This document shows, one piece after another, positions 9,988-19,716 of a stretch of DNA of 64,000 bases. The DNA comes from Thermodesulfobacteriota bacterium. GTDB lineage: Bacteria > Desulfobacterota > BSN033 > UBA1163. The stretch covers positions 6,405 to 70,404 of the forward strand of contig DASPPQ010000050.1 of the NCBI GenBank assembly GCA_035625415.1, written 5' to 3'. The position numbers were made by a program, and so were the translations under genes. Below the pieces are notes generated by a model. It did not search any database and was not told the DNA's origin. It saw only the letters and a list, made by a program, of their open reading frames with translations. The first letter of the stretch is position 1, and each line of letters opens with the position of its first letter.

Positions 9988-10692
9988 TTAAACCTCTACC
10001 CCGAGATAGCGGATTAGAATTTCTTTCTTCCCCTGAAGTTCCTCCTTTCGGGTACGATATCCGATCTTCCCCTTCACCATAAAATAAACCTGATCCGCTA
10101 CGGATAGGGCAAAGGGAATTTTCTCTTCAACTAATAGGATGGCTATGCCATTTTCTGTCAGCTTCTTGATAATCTCTTTTACCGTGAATACAAAAATAGG
10201 CATCAGGCCGGTGGTGGGCTCGTCCAATAAGATGATGTCAGGTCTCTTAATCAATGCCCTCGAAATGGCGAGAGCCTGCTGCTCTCCTCCGCTTAAGGTT
10301 CCTGCCAACTGGTTCAATCTCTCCTGAAGGACTGGAAACAGGCTGAAAACGCTTTCCAACTGTTGTGCGTCTGATTGATCACGCAAGCCTGTTTTGAGGT
10401 TCTCCAGTACCGTCATCTTGGGAAAGAGCTGCCTTCCTTGCGGTACGTAACCGATTCCCCTTCTCGCCACCTTGAAAGCTGGAAGCCTTGTGATATCTCC
10501 GTCCTTGAAAAGTATCCTCCCAGCCCTTGGTTTGACGAGGCCCATGATGGTCTTCAACGTCGTGGTCTTACCCGCCCCATTCCGACCGAGCAGCGCGACG
10601 ACTTCCCCTTTTTCTACATCCAAAGAGGTACCCTGAAGGATGTAGCTCCTTCCATAATAAGTATGAATGTCCTCAACCCTCAACAGACTCAA
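9988..10692 (-). CDS. ABC transporter ATP-binding protein, LivF-like (second operon)
   Basis: Walker A GRNGAGKTT and signature LSGGEQQAL. Confidence 0.8.
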   Translation of the reverse strand: MSLLRVEDIHTYYGRSYILQGTSLDVEKGEVVALLGRNGAGKTTTLKTIMGLVKPRAGRILFKDGDITRLPAFKVARRGIGYVPQGRQLFPKMTVLENLKTGLRDQSDAQQLESVFSLFPVLQERLNQLAGTLSGGEQQALAISRALIKRPDIILLDEPTTGLMPIFVFTVKEIIKKLTENGIAILLVEEKIPFALSVADQVYFMVKGKIGYRTRKEELQGKKEILIRYLGVEV

Positions 10693-11444
10693 CTCGCCTC
10701 TCCAAGGTAGACTCTCTGGACTTCTTCATTCTTGCTGATCTCCTTCGGAGAGCCTTCGGCCACCACCCGGCCTTCATTCAAAACTGTGATACTGCTGCAA
10801 AGGCGTAATACAACATCCATGCTGTGCTCGATTAAAATAATGGTTATCCTTTTTGACAATTTTTCAATCACCGCTGCGATATTATCTGTCTCTTGAGGAC
10901 TGACCCCCTGCGTGGGCTCGTCCAAAAGGAGAATGGAGGGCCGGGTGCTGAGAGCCATGGCTATTTCTAAAATCTTCTGATCTCCATACGAAAGATTGGA
11001 GGCCAACTCATTCATCTTTTCCTCCAATCCCACAAGATGACAGATCTCCTTTGTCTTTTGAGAAAAATCGTCTACTTGGTGGGCAAGGATAAAAGGGTTC
11101 CACGGTCTCCTCGCCCTCGAGTTCACCCCTACCCAGATGCTGTCGTAAACCGTCATTTCCGGGAAAATAAAGGTTAATTGAAAAGTTCGACCCAAACCTT
11201 CTTGACAGATCGCATGAGGAGGGAGAGAGCTGATCTCCTTTCCTCTCAGGAATATCTTTCCCGATGTGGGCTTCAGCTCGCCGGTGATGACATTGAAAAG
11301 GGTCGTCTTCCCCGCACCATTGGGTCCGATGATTCCCCTGACCTCCCCTTCCCGAATGGAGTAAGTGACGCCGTCAAGGGCGGTTAAACCCCCAAAACGC
11401 ATCGTCACCGAAACCGTTTCCAGAATTTTATTCCCGCCATTCAT
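10689..11444 (-). CDS. ABC transporter ATP-binding protein, LivG-like (second operon)
   Basis: Walker A GPNGAGKTT and signature LSYGDQKILEIA. There is a 4-nt overlap at both ends. Confidence 0.8.
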   Translation of the reverse strand: MNGGNKILETVSVTMRFGGLTALDGVTYSIREGEVRGIIGPNGAGKTTLFNVITGELKPTSGKIFLRGKEISSLPPHAICQEGLGRTFQLTFIFPEMTVYDSIWVGVNSRARRPWNPFILAHQVDDFSQKTKEICHLVGLEEKMNELASNLSYGDQKILEIAMALSTRPSILLLDEPTQGVSPQETDNIAAVIEKLSKRITIILIEHSMDVVLRLCSSITVLNEGRVVAEGSPKEISKNEEVQRVYLGEAS

Positions 11445-12427
11445 GCCTTTTGCGTCAATCTCCTGCTGATCAGATATCCGAGAATTCCCTTACGGGACAA
11501 CCTCAAAATCAATAGAATGATGATACCGAAAAGAATCAAGTAGTAAGTCCACCAAGCGCTCACGTAATACTGAAAGAGGGACATGATGACGACCCCTATC
11601 CATGGACCCGCGAGCGTCCCAATACCTCCGATGAGACACCATACGACGGGCATGATCGACCAAGGAAAACTGAAGAAATCAGCCGATGCGTAACGAAGCG
11701 TCAGGGCGTAGAGGCCTCCGCTCAGGGCCGAAAAGATCCCCGAGACAATAAAAGCGATCAATTTATAACGAAAAACATCGTATCCCAAAAATTGCAATCT
11801 TTTTTCGTTTTCCCGGATCGACATAAAGATTTTTCCCATCGGGGATCTGGCCATCCGATTCAAAATCAGGTAGCTGATGCCGAGGAAGATCAGCACAAAA
11901 TAGTAATTGACCATGGGATGGTAGAGGGAAAGCGTCACAGGTCCAAGGGAAAGGGGCGGAAGGTTTAGCGAAAGACCGTCATCTCCCCCTGTTAGCCACG
12001 TCAGGTCCATGGCGAATAGGTGAAAGACAGCGAAGAAAATCGCAGTGATGATGACAAAGTAAGCTTCTGAGAGACGGACACAGATCAAACCCATGATCAG
12101 CGCCAGTATGAAACCCGTCCCCAGGCTGAAGAAAAGGGAGGGCAGAATGCCTACCTTCAAGTGTAACATGGAAAGCACCACCCCGTAGGCTCCTGCGCCG
12201 AAGAAGACAGCGTGGCCCAAGCTGCACTGGTTCGTCAAACCAAAGCAGACATCATATCCCATGGCCAGGATGCAGAAGATCATCATGTGCGTTACCAACG
12301 ATCTCGCACCTTTCGGCAAGACCATGCCCATGACGAGCAACAAAACCAGAAAGATGAGCACAAGATAGGTCGGAGTTTCTCTTTTCTCAATCGGTTTTTC
12401 AGATCGTCCGTTCATTACCGGATCCAA
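11441..12427 (-). CDS. ABC transporter permease, LivM-like (second operon)
   Basis: Polytopic LivM-family membrane protein. Confidence 0.75.
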   Translation of the reverse strand: MDPVMNGRSEKPIEKRETPTYLVLIFLVLLLVMGMVLPKGARSLVTHMMIFCILAMGYDVCFGLTNQCSLGHAVFFGAGAYGVVLSMLHLKVGILPSLFFSLGTGFILALIMGLICVRLSEAYFVIITAIFFAVFHLFAMDLTWLTGGDDGLSLNLPPLSLGPVTLSLYHPMVNYYFVLIFLGISYLILNRMARSPMGKIFMSIRENEKRLQFLGYDVFRYKLIAFIVSGIFSALSGGLYALTLRYASADFFSFPWSIMPVVWCLIGGIGTLAGPWIGVVIMSLFQYYVSAWWTYYLILFGIIILLILRLSRKGILGYLISRRLTQKA

Positions 12428-12436
12428 GAAATCACC

Positions 12437-13297
12437 TCATTCGGTAAATAGACCCCTGGGGCGACGTATCAGAACGATGATCATAACGATAAAAATGGCG
12501 GCTCTCGCTTGCACCGGAGACAACACAGACGCCAAGACTCCCTCCAGGGAACAGAGGGATAAGGCGGCGATCAGAGTCCCTTTGAGGCTCCCTAACCCGC
12601 CGATAATCACAACGATGAAACAGAGGAGAATCACATCATTTCCCATGAGATAAAAGACCTGGTTGATCGGCGCCGCCAGAACTCCCCCCAGTGCGGCAAG
12701 GATGCTCCCGATAACGAAAGTAGTGATCAGGACTTTGCTCACGTCGATCCCCATGGCGCTAGCCATTTCTCTATCTTGCATGGATGCCCTCACCAAAATG
12801 CCGTAAGAGGTTTTGTACAAGAAAAGCCAGAGCCCGGCGAGAATGAGAATCGAAATACAGGCGACCAAGAAGCGATAACCCGGGTAGTCCACACCGAGGA
12901 AATTGAAGCTGATCGGCCAAGGATTGGTTATTTTTTTAGGAATCCCTCCGTAGGTCCCCAGGGCAATCTGCTGAATGATAAATGAGATCCCTACCGTGGC
13001 GATCATGGTGGTGGAGTGATAGCCCTCGTAGGGCCTTAACACAAAACGCTCCATAGGGGCAGCGATGAGGATGATGGCGGCAGGGACTAACACCAGGCTC
13101 AGCCAGAAACTCCCGAGCATGCTCACCACATAAAACGAGAGGACCGCACCCGCCATATAGATGTCGCCATGGGCCATGTTGACGATCCCCATGACACCGA
13201 AGATCAGAGAGAGGCCGATGGCGATCAAGGCGACGATGAGACCCCAGATCAGGCCGTTGACGAGGAGGAAGAGTGTGGTCGATACGATCTCAGGCAA
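12437..13297 (-). CDS. ABC transporter permease, LivH-like (second operon)
   Basis: 286-aa LivH-family membrane protein. Confidence 0.8.
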   Translation of the reverse strand: MPEIVSTTLFLLVNGLIWGLIVALIAIGLSLIFGVMGIVNMAHGDIYMAGAVLSFYVVSMLGSFWLSLVLVPAAIILIAAPMERFVLRPYEGYHSTTMIATVGISFIIQQIALGTYGGIPKKITNPWPISFNFLGVDYPGYRFLVACISILILAGLWLFLYKTSYGILVRASMQDREMASAMGIDVSKVLITTFVIGSILAALGGVLAAPINQVFYLMGNDVILLCFIVVIIGGLGSLKGTLIAALSLCSLEGVLASVLSPVQARAAIFIVMIIVLIRRPRGLFTE

Positions 13298-13307
13298 AAC
13301 TGAAAAC

Positions 13308-13347
13308 CTCTACCCCTCCCGCCCTTGCCTTCGCGGGGGTAAGCTTC
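13308..13347. repeat. Intercistronic GC hairpin (CCCGCccttgccttcGCGGG) between the binding-protein and permease genes
   Basis: The stem is visible in the sequence. It is equivalent in position to the AGGGGC..GCCCCT hairpin at 6610-6645 in the first operon. Confidence 0.5.
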
Positions 13348-13422
13348 ACCCCTCAAACGATAGGACCGGGAGTCCCGAAGAGTTTAACAAGACTGGATTC
13401 TTGATTGGGATAGCTAAACGCT

Positions 13423-14673
13423 TTAAAGCGGTTCTTTCGTAAAATCTACCGTAGGGGGCGTATAAGTCGCATCCTTTCCTGGAATTCTTGCCACAACCTT
13501 CAGCTCGCCCTTTCGAATCTGCTCAATATAAAGCCCTGTAATCGCCAGGTGATCTTGTGCCCGGATACACATATCCCCCTGAGGGAACTCTACACTCTCC
13601 TTGAAACATATTCCCTCCAAGGTCTTAATGAGTTTGGGAGTATCTTCTCTTCCCTTCCACCCACTCTTTTCAATACCCGCTTTCAGTGCAAAGAAGGGTT
13701 GCCAGACTGCCCAATCATAGGCCAAAACAAAATATTTACCCGTGCCAACCTCTTTTCCATCCGGATCAACTCCGATCAGATTGCGAAAATCCTTATTATA
13801 CTTGGTGTTCAACCCTTCCAAACGAGTTGGGTAGGAGGTGATACAATAAAGACCTTCTCCTTCGATACCAAGTTTCTTCGGATCTTGCGCCGAAATGGCG
13901 TAGACCGCACCAAGCCTTTTGATGTCTGGACGGACCGCATGTAAATCTCTACTGAAAGAGAGAAAATCTGAACCAAAGTTTGCAAAATAAACCGCTTCCG
14001 CTTCGGCGGGGATATTTCCTTTCAAATAAGGGAGCCAATCCCCTGTTCCCAATGGAACCCTAACGGATTTAAGCACCTTCCCTCCTTTTTCTGTAATATA
14101 TTTTGTAAATTCCATCTCATTAGACCAGCCCCACGCATAGTTCACAACAACCGTCACCCATTTTTTCCCAATGTTTTTGATAGCGAATTCTGCCCCTCCT
14201 TTGCTTTCCTGTGTCACGTTGGTACAACTTTGGAAGACATAGCGATTACCCTTCTCCCCTGAAATCTCAGAAGCAGAAGAACATGGGAAGTAGGGGGTCT
14301 TCAGTTCCTGAGCAATTGGGTTGCACGCAATCGCAATCCCAGAACTGTTCGAATTAAAGACAAAGTCGACACCGTTGGTCTCAACCAACTTCCTAAACTT
14401 TAGCGCGCCTACCGAGGGCTTCGATTCACTATCCTCAACATATAATTCAATGGGACGGCCACCTATGCCACCTCCTTTGTTCACCCTATTTACTGCTGCC
14501 ACCAATACCCTCTCATGGGAATAACCGTAGGCCGCCAATCCTCCCGTCTTTTCTGCGAGTAATCCAATCTTGACAGGTTCCTTTTTCCCCTGACCAACCG
14601 CTCCTCTTTCGCCAACACTGATTAAAAGAACGAATCCCAAAATCATTAATAGAACAACAAACATCTTTTTCAT
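13423..14673 (-). CDS. Periplasmic substrate-binding protein, branched-chain amino acid (type I PBP) family (second operon)
   Basis: Signal peptide MKKMFVVLLMILGFVLLISVG and a 416-aa binding fold. It is the first gene of the operon. Confidence 0.75.
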   Translation of the reverse strand: MKKMFVVLLMILGFVLLISVGERGAVGQGKKEPVKIGLLAEKTGGLAAYGYSHERVLVAAVNRVNKGGGIGGRPIELYVEDSESKPSVGALKFRKLVETNGVDFVFNSNSSGIAIACNPIAQELKTPYFPCSSASEISGEKGNRYVFQSCTNVTQESKGGAEFAIKNIGKKWVTVVVNYAWGWSNEMEFTKYITEKGGKVLKSVRVPLGTGDWLPYLKGNIPAEAEAVYFANFGSDFLSFSRDLHAVRPDIKRLGAVYAISAQDPKKLGIEGEGLYCITSYPTRLEGLNTKYNKDFRNLIGVDPDGKEVGTGKYFVLAYDWAVWQPFFALKAGIEKSGWKGREDTPKLIKTLEGICFKESVEFPQGDMCIRAQDHLAITGLYIEQIRKGELKVVARIPGKDATYTPPTVDFTKEPL

Positions 14674-14831
14674 AAAAGGACCCTCCTTCGATACCTATTT
14701 TTCAAACCCATTGATAAGAATTAGAAATGATCCATATTAGATTTCAATCGGTTTGATTTGTCAAGCGAAAACCAAGAGATTCCTGAAAATGTTCAGAAAT
14801 TTCTGCGTTAGTATCTTTGAAATCTGAGTAA

Positions 14832-15566
14832 TCAAGAGCGTTCTTTGAACAGCGTGTAATCCAATTTAATGTTGGAAAGAGCCCGGAAGATATTTCCTTT
14901 AACCCGATGGTCCTTCTTGCTCAGAGCTTCAATCAAATCCTTAACCACTTTTCTCTTCGTTTTTTCAGAGCTTGGACAACCGCTGGGGCCAAAGGGCAGT
15001 CCCATCTCTCTTGCAAACCTCTCAATCTTTTTCTCTTCCAGTAAGGCCAAAGGACGGATGAGAGTGATCTTCCCCTTGAACAAACTCTGTAAAGGAAGCA
15101 TCGTGCTGATCTCAGCACTGTAAAAAATATTAAGAAGAAGCGTCTCAATAATATCGTCCTTATGATGACCGAGGGCGATTTTGTTACATTTAAAACGATT
15201 GGCGATATGGAAGAGGCGTTTTCTCCTTTCCCAGGAGCAGAGAAAACACGGGTTTTCCCGATTCTCGGAGCTGTTCGCTTTCCTCCCAATATCGGTGAAC
15301 TCGATATGGTACGGGAGCTTTTTTGTTTCAAAAAAATTCCTCAAAGTGTCCGCCTTCCCAGAACCGAAGCCCAGGTCGATGTAAACCGGCATGAGTTCGT
15401 ATCGGACGGGAACGCGCTTGCTTCGTTCATGGAGAAGGTGGAGCAATGTCAGGCTATCCTTACCACCGGAGACCCCCACCAGAATGCGGTCTCCCTCCTG
15501 GATCAAACCGTAACCGTGGATTGCCTTTCCCATCAGGCTTCGAATCTCTTTCTGCCAATAAGTCAT
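14832..15566 (-). CDS. PP-loop family tRNA-modifying ATPase, TtcA-like (tRNA 2-thiocytidine biosynthesis)
   Basis: SGGKDS PP-loop motif and a CFLC cysteine motif. 244 aa. Confidence 0.55.
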   Translation of the reverse strand: MTYWQKEIRSLMGKAIHGYGLIQEGDRILVGVSGGKDSLTLLHLLHERSKRVPVRYELMPVYIDLGFGSGKADTLRNFFETKKLPYHIEFTDIGRKANSSENRENPCFLCSWERRKRLFHIANRFKCNKIALGHHKDDIIETLLLNIFYSAEISTMLPLQSLFKGKITLIRPLALLEEKKIERFAREMGLPFGPSGCPSSEKTKRKVVKDLIEALSKKDHRVKGNIFRALSNIKLDYTLFKERS

Positions 15567-15626
15567 TTCTTTACCGTAAGTCGTCAGGGGTGAAGGGTTC
15601 TTCCGAAATCCTTTTTTACCTTACGC

Positions 15627-16274
15627 CTAACGCCCATACCTCACGCCTTTCAAGGGACAGATATCACATCTCGGTATTCTCTTGCACAACGTCTTACCGA
15701 TATGAACGATGAGGGCGTGATATTCGTTGAACAATGCCTCGTCAAGAGCAAGATGATCCATGAAGAGTTTCTGGATTTCTTCGTAAGAGGCTTTCTCTGA
15801 AACAACTCCGTGTCGAGAAAAGACCCGTCTTGTATAGGCATCGACAACGAAAATAGGTTTTTTGAGGCCGTAAAGGAGGATGCTATCCGCCGTTTCGGGT
15901 CCGATTCCCTTGACACGCAGGAGCTCTTCTCTCAGCTCTTCCAGCCTCTCCTTTTTCATTCTCTTTAAATCCCCGCCGTATTGTCCAAACAAAAAGTCGA
16001 TGAACGATTTTAATCGATCGGCTTTGACCCGATAGTATCCCGATGATCTTATCAGCCGGGCCAACTCCGATTTTCTAAGGCGATGTACCCCTTCCGGGTT
16101 TAACACGGCCTTCCCTTTCAACCTCTGAATCGCTTTCTCCACATTTCTCCAAGACGTATTTTGTGTGAGGATGGCTCCGACCATCACCTCGAAAGAAGTC
16201 TCTCCAGGCCACCAGTGTCTGGGACCATATGCCTGATAAAGCTTGCGGTAGATTTTCATTAAGATTTTCTTCAT
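15627..16274 (-). CDS. Endonuclease III family DNA glycosylase (HhH-GPD with 4Fe-4S cluster loop)
   Basis: HhH-GPD core and a C-terminal CKRIPRCDICPL cysteine cluster. Confidence 0.7.
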   Translation of the reverse strand: MKKILMKIYRKLYQAYGPRHWWPGETSFEVMVGAILTQNTSWRNVEKAIQRLKGKAVLNPEGVHRLRKSELARLIRSSGYYRVKADRLKSFIDFLFGQYGGDLKRMKKERLEELREELLRVKGIGPETADSILLYGLKKPIFVVDAYTRRVFSRHGVVSEKASYEEIQKLFMDHLALDEALFNEYHALIVHIGKTLCKRIPRCDICPLKGVRYGR

Positions 16275-16295
16275 ACCGGTTTCTTCACTTCCAGT

Positions 16296-16455
16296 TGAAA
16301 TGATACAAAAGGGTCCAAGCGGTCAAGGATTCAAGGGGGCAAGCGCCCGAGGGTAGATCGTAGAGAGTAGAAAGTGGCCAAATCTGCATTCCACCATCCA
16401 CTTTCCACATTCGAATTATAAACCCTTGAACCCGTGAACCCCCGAATCCATGAAC
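16296..16455. repeat. Intergenic element with inverted decamer arrays: GGGTCCAAGC-GGTCAAGG-ATTCAAGG on the left, CTTGAACC-CGTGAACC-CCGAATCC-ATGAACC on the right
   Basis: On the minus strand the right arm reads GGGTTCATGG attcg GGGTTCACGG GTTCAAGGG, three GGTTCA units with roughly 10-nt phasing. The left arm carries the inverse TTCAAGG words. Confidence 0.45.
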
Positions 16456-16461
16456 CCTTTT

Positions 16462-17592
16462 TCATTTCAGTCTCTTCTGGAACCTCAGGGAGCTTAAAAG
16501 GATCATGAGCGTGCCCAAGATGCCTAATGCCAGCATTTGGGGCCACAGGATATCCAGGCCATTCTCCTTTAAAAAGACGCCTCGAATGATGACCAGAAAA
16601 TAACGCAGCGGGTTGACATAAGTCAGGTATTGGATCCATTCTGGCATATTCTCTATCGGAAAGGCAAAACCGGATAGCGTAAAAGCAGGCATCGTAAAAA
16701 AGAAGGTAGAAATCTGAGCTTGTTGTTGAGTGGAGCAGATCGTGGAGATAAACAGTCCAATCGCCACAGAACTCATCAGGAAGAGCACGGCACCCAATAG
16801 AAGGACGAGGGGATTTCCTCGAAAAGGAACCTCAAACCAAAACACTCCGATCAGGGCGATCATGATGACATCGAGAAGACCGAACAGAGCAAAAGGCAGG
16901 GTTTTCCCTAACATCAATTCCCAGGAACGGATCGGCGTCACCATGATCTGTTCAAGCGTGCCGATCTCCCTCTCTCTAACAATTGCCTGAGCGGTCAAAA
17001 TGATCGGGATGAGAAAGGCAATGGAGGCAATGACTCCCGGGATGTAAAAAACCCTGCTTTCGAAATTTGGATTGAACCAAATTCGTTGTTGCAGCGCCAC
17101 ACCTGCTTCCTCAAAGCCAATCATGCCGGCTCGATTCAACCTTTTTACGAGCACCTGCGTCGAGAAATCGGAAAGGATCTGGTTCGCATAGCCCAGGGCG
17201 ATCAATGCCGTATTGGATTCGGACCCATCCAGAACGATCTGAACCGTGGCGGTGTCTCCTTTTTTCAACTTCTTTGAAAAATCGGTTGGGATCTCAATGT
17301 TGACCGTGACCTCTCCTTGATTAATGAGGTCTTTGACTTCCCTCGGGGTCTCGGGAAAAGAGACGATATCAAAATATTCTGAACTTCCGAACCTTCCGAT
17401 AAGATCCCTCGACTCAAAACTCTGGTCCAGATCCCGGATGGCCGTGCGGATATGTTTCACATCCAGATTGGCGGCATACCCGAAGACGATCAGTTGAAGG
17501 ACGGGTGGAACAATCAGGGTGATCCGCATTCGCTTGTCTCTCAACGTCTGAATCAACTCCTTAACGAATAAATATCGAACCGTTTGAAACAT
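16462..17592 (-). CDS. ABC-2 type transporter permease (YbhS/YbhR-like)
   Basis: 376 aa with N-terminal TM, a large periplasmic loop, and C-terminal ABC-2 membrane domain. Confidence 0.8.
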   Translation of the reverse strand: MFQTVRYLFVKELIQTLRDKRMRITLIVPPVLQLIVFGYAANLDVKHIRTAIRDLDQSFESRDLIGRFGSSEYFDIVSFPETPREVKDLINQGEVTVNIEIPTDFSKKLKKGDTATVQIVLDGSESNTALIALGYANQILSDFSTQVLVKRLNRAGMIGFEEAGVALQQRIWFNPNFESRVFYIPGVIASIAFLIPIILTAQAIVREREIGTLEQIMVTPIRSWELMLGKTLPFALFGLLDVIMIALIGVFWFEVPFRGNPLVLLLGAVLFLMSSVAIGLFISTICSTQQQAQISTFFFTMPAFTLSGFAFPIENMPEWIQYLTYVNPLRYFLVIIRGVFLKENGLDILWPQMLALGILGTLMILLSSLRFQKRLK

Positions 17593-17595
17593 TTT

Positions 17596-18729
17596 TTATC
17601 TCAACTCCTTTTTGAAACTCCTGGCCGCCACCCAGAGTCCTGCCATGGCCATCGCAATCAACACTAGGGTTTCGCGCCAGAGAAAGGAGAAGCCTACCCC
17701 TTTCAAAAAGATCTCCTTCAGGATCGTCACATAATACCGAGGCGCAATCCCATAGGTAATGATCTGGAGCCAGGTGGGCATGTTGGCGATCGAGAAGGTG
17801 AATCCGGAGAGGAGGAAGGTGGGCAGAAACCCGGTGATCATAGCCATCTGATTGGCTAAAAGCTGTGTCCTGGCAAAGGTGGAAATGGTCAAACCGAGGG
17901 CCAGGGCTACAAAAATATAGATACAAGAGAGAGCAAGAAGTAGGGCGACACTTCCTCTCAAGGGCACCTGAAAGACCCATTTGCCCATCAGAACGGCCAG
18001 GGATAAGTCTAATAGGCCTAAGAAAAAATAGGGGAACAGCTTTCCAATCATCAGTTCTTCTTTTCGAACAGGCGTAGAGATGAGAAGCTCCATCGTCCCC
18101 TTCTCCCATTCCCGAACGATCACCTGTCCGGTAAGAAGCACTCCGATGATCGACATGATCACCGCAACCAGTCCCGGTATGAAATAATTCTTCGACTCCA
18201 GATCTTCATTGAACCAGACCCTGGGCCGCGCTTCGATGGGAAAGTTCACTCTCTGTGCTCCCATCCTCGTGACCTTCAGAACGGTTTTCTCCTGAGTGTA
18301 ATCCCGGGCAATCGCCTGGGCATAACTGAGAATAAGACTGGCTGTATTGGCATCGGCTCCGTCGATTAACGCTTGAATCGGAACGACCTTCTCTGCCTTG
18401 ATTGTTTTTGAAAAATCCCAGGGAAGCATCAACCCGATCTTCACGTCACCCTGGTCGATGAGCCGCCTGATCTCCTTCTCGTCTCGAACCCAAAAGCGAA
18501 GATGGAAATAGGGAGAGGCGCTGAATCGTTGGATGAAGTTCAAGCTCTCCTGGGTGCGGTCTCGATCTAAGACAGCCATTGAGATTTTCTTCACATCGAG
18601 GGTGACGGCGTATCCAAAGAGGAGCATCAGGAGAGCAGGCATGAGGATCACCAGTGCCAGGCTCCTTGGATCCCGGAAAATATGGAAAAACTCTTTTTTC
18701 GCGATGGCCCACGTACGGGAGAAATTCAC
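17596..18729 (-). CDS. ABC-2 type transporter permease (YbhS/YbhR-like)
   Basis: 377-aa paralogue of the preceding permease, 3 nt apart. Confidence 0.8.
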   Translation of the reverse strand: MNFSRTWAIAKKEFFHIFRDPRSLALVILMPALLMLLFGYAVTLDVKKISMAVLDRDRTQESLNFIQRFSASPYFHLRFWVRDEKEIRRLIDQGDVKIGLMLPWDFSKTIKAEKVVPIQALIDGADANTASLILSYAQAIARDYTQEKTVLKVTRMGAQRVNFPIEARPRVWFNEDLESKNYFIPGLVAVIMSIIGVLLTGQVIVREWEKGTMELLISTPVRKEELMIGKLFPYFFLGLLDLSLAVLMGKWVFQVPLRGSVALLLALSCIYIFVALALGLTISTFARTQLLANQMAMITGFLPTFLLSGFTFSIANMPTWLQIITYGIAPRYYVTILKEIFLKGVGFSFLWRETLVLIAMAMAGLWVAARSFKKELR

Positions 18730-19661
18730 TGCTTCTCCTTTCCCTCAATCAGTGAAACGAAAACATCCTCCAAGGAAGGCCTGATCCTTCCCATTCTCTT
18801 GAGAAGGATCCCGTGTTTTCGGAAAAGGGCGTTGATTTCTCGCTCCAAATCGATGCCTTCCTTACCGACCACATGAAGCCCGTCTCCGAATACGGCTGAG
18901 TCCGAGACCCAGGGCTCTTTCTTCAGGAGGTCCAGAGCCGTAACGAGAGGATCACATTCCACTTCGAATATTCCCTGTGGGAGAGTCTTCACTTTTAATT
19001 CGGAAGGCGTTCCCATGGCGATGATCTTTCCCTGGTAGATCAGGGCCAAGCGGTCGCAATACTCCGCTTCGTCCATGTAGTGGGTGGTCACAAAGGTGGT
19101 CACACCCCTTTCTGCCATCTGTTGAATGAGACTCCAGAAATTTCTTCGAGAGATCGGATCGACCCCTGAGGTAGGTTCATCCAAGAATAGGATGGAAGGC
19201 TCATGGAGAATGGCACATCCCAGTGCGAGGCGCTGTTTCGACCCGACAGCAAGCGTTCGGGTGATTCGATCTTGGACATCTTGAAGGCCGATCATCCCGA
19301 AAACCTCATTTTCTCTCCTTTTCTGTGATGAGCCCGAGAGGCCGTAAATTCCTCCAAAAAAATGGAGATTTTCAACAACCTTTAGGTCATCGTAAAGTGA
19401 AAATTTCTGGGACATGTACCCGATCGCTTGCTTTATCTTCTCCGGCTCCTTCATGATATCGAATCCTGCAACCTGCCCTATTCCCGAAGTAGGCAGCAAA
19501 AGTCCGCAGAGCATTCGGATGGTCGTCGACTTGCCGGCCCCATTTGGACCCAGGAATCCGAAGATCTCTCCCTTTTCCACCTGAAAGCGGATATGGTCTA
19601 CAGCGAGGAAATCGCCGAAGGTTTTGGTTAAGTTTTCGACAGCAACGACATAATCACTCAT
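18726..19661 (-). CDS. ABC transporter ATP-binding protein (second ATPase of a YbhF-like split pair)
   Basis: Walker A GPNGAGKST and signature LAVGSKQRLAL. Confidence 0.8.
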   Translation of the reverse strand: MSDYVVAVENLTKTFGDFLAVDHIRFQVEKGEIFGFLGPNGAGKSTTIRMLCGLLLPTSGIGQVAGFDIMKEPEKIKQAIGYMSQKFSLYDDLKVVENLHFFGGIYGLSGSSQKRRENEVFGMIGLQDVQDRITRTLAVGSKQRLALGCAILHEPSILFLDEPTSGVDPISRRNFWSLIQQMAERGVTTFVTTHYMDEAEYCDRLALIYQGKIIAMGTPSELKVKTLPQGIFEVECDPLVTALDLLKKEPWVSDSAVFGDGLHVVGKEGIDLEREINALFRKHGILLKRMGRIRPSLEDVFVSLIEGKEKQ

Positions 19662-19716
19662 CGAAGTTTATCCATCCAAACGATGAACAATGAACGATGG
19701 ACTATGAACTTATCGT

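Noticed and set aside
16331-16639. 102-aa ORF plus many 60-140-aa antisense ORFs inside large genes (for example 8759..9139, 22847..23074, 27073..27513)
   Set aside because: They are embedded antisense or out of frame within strongly supported genes, lack RBS and motifs, and are typical GC-rich shadow ORFs.
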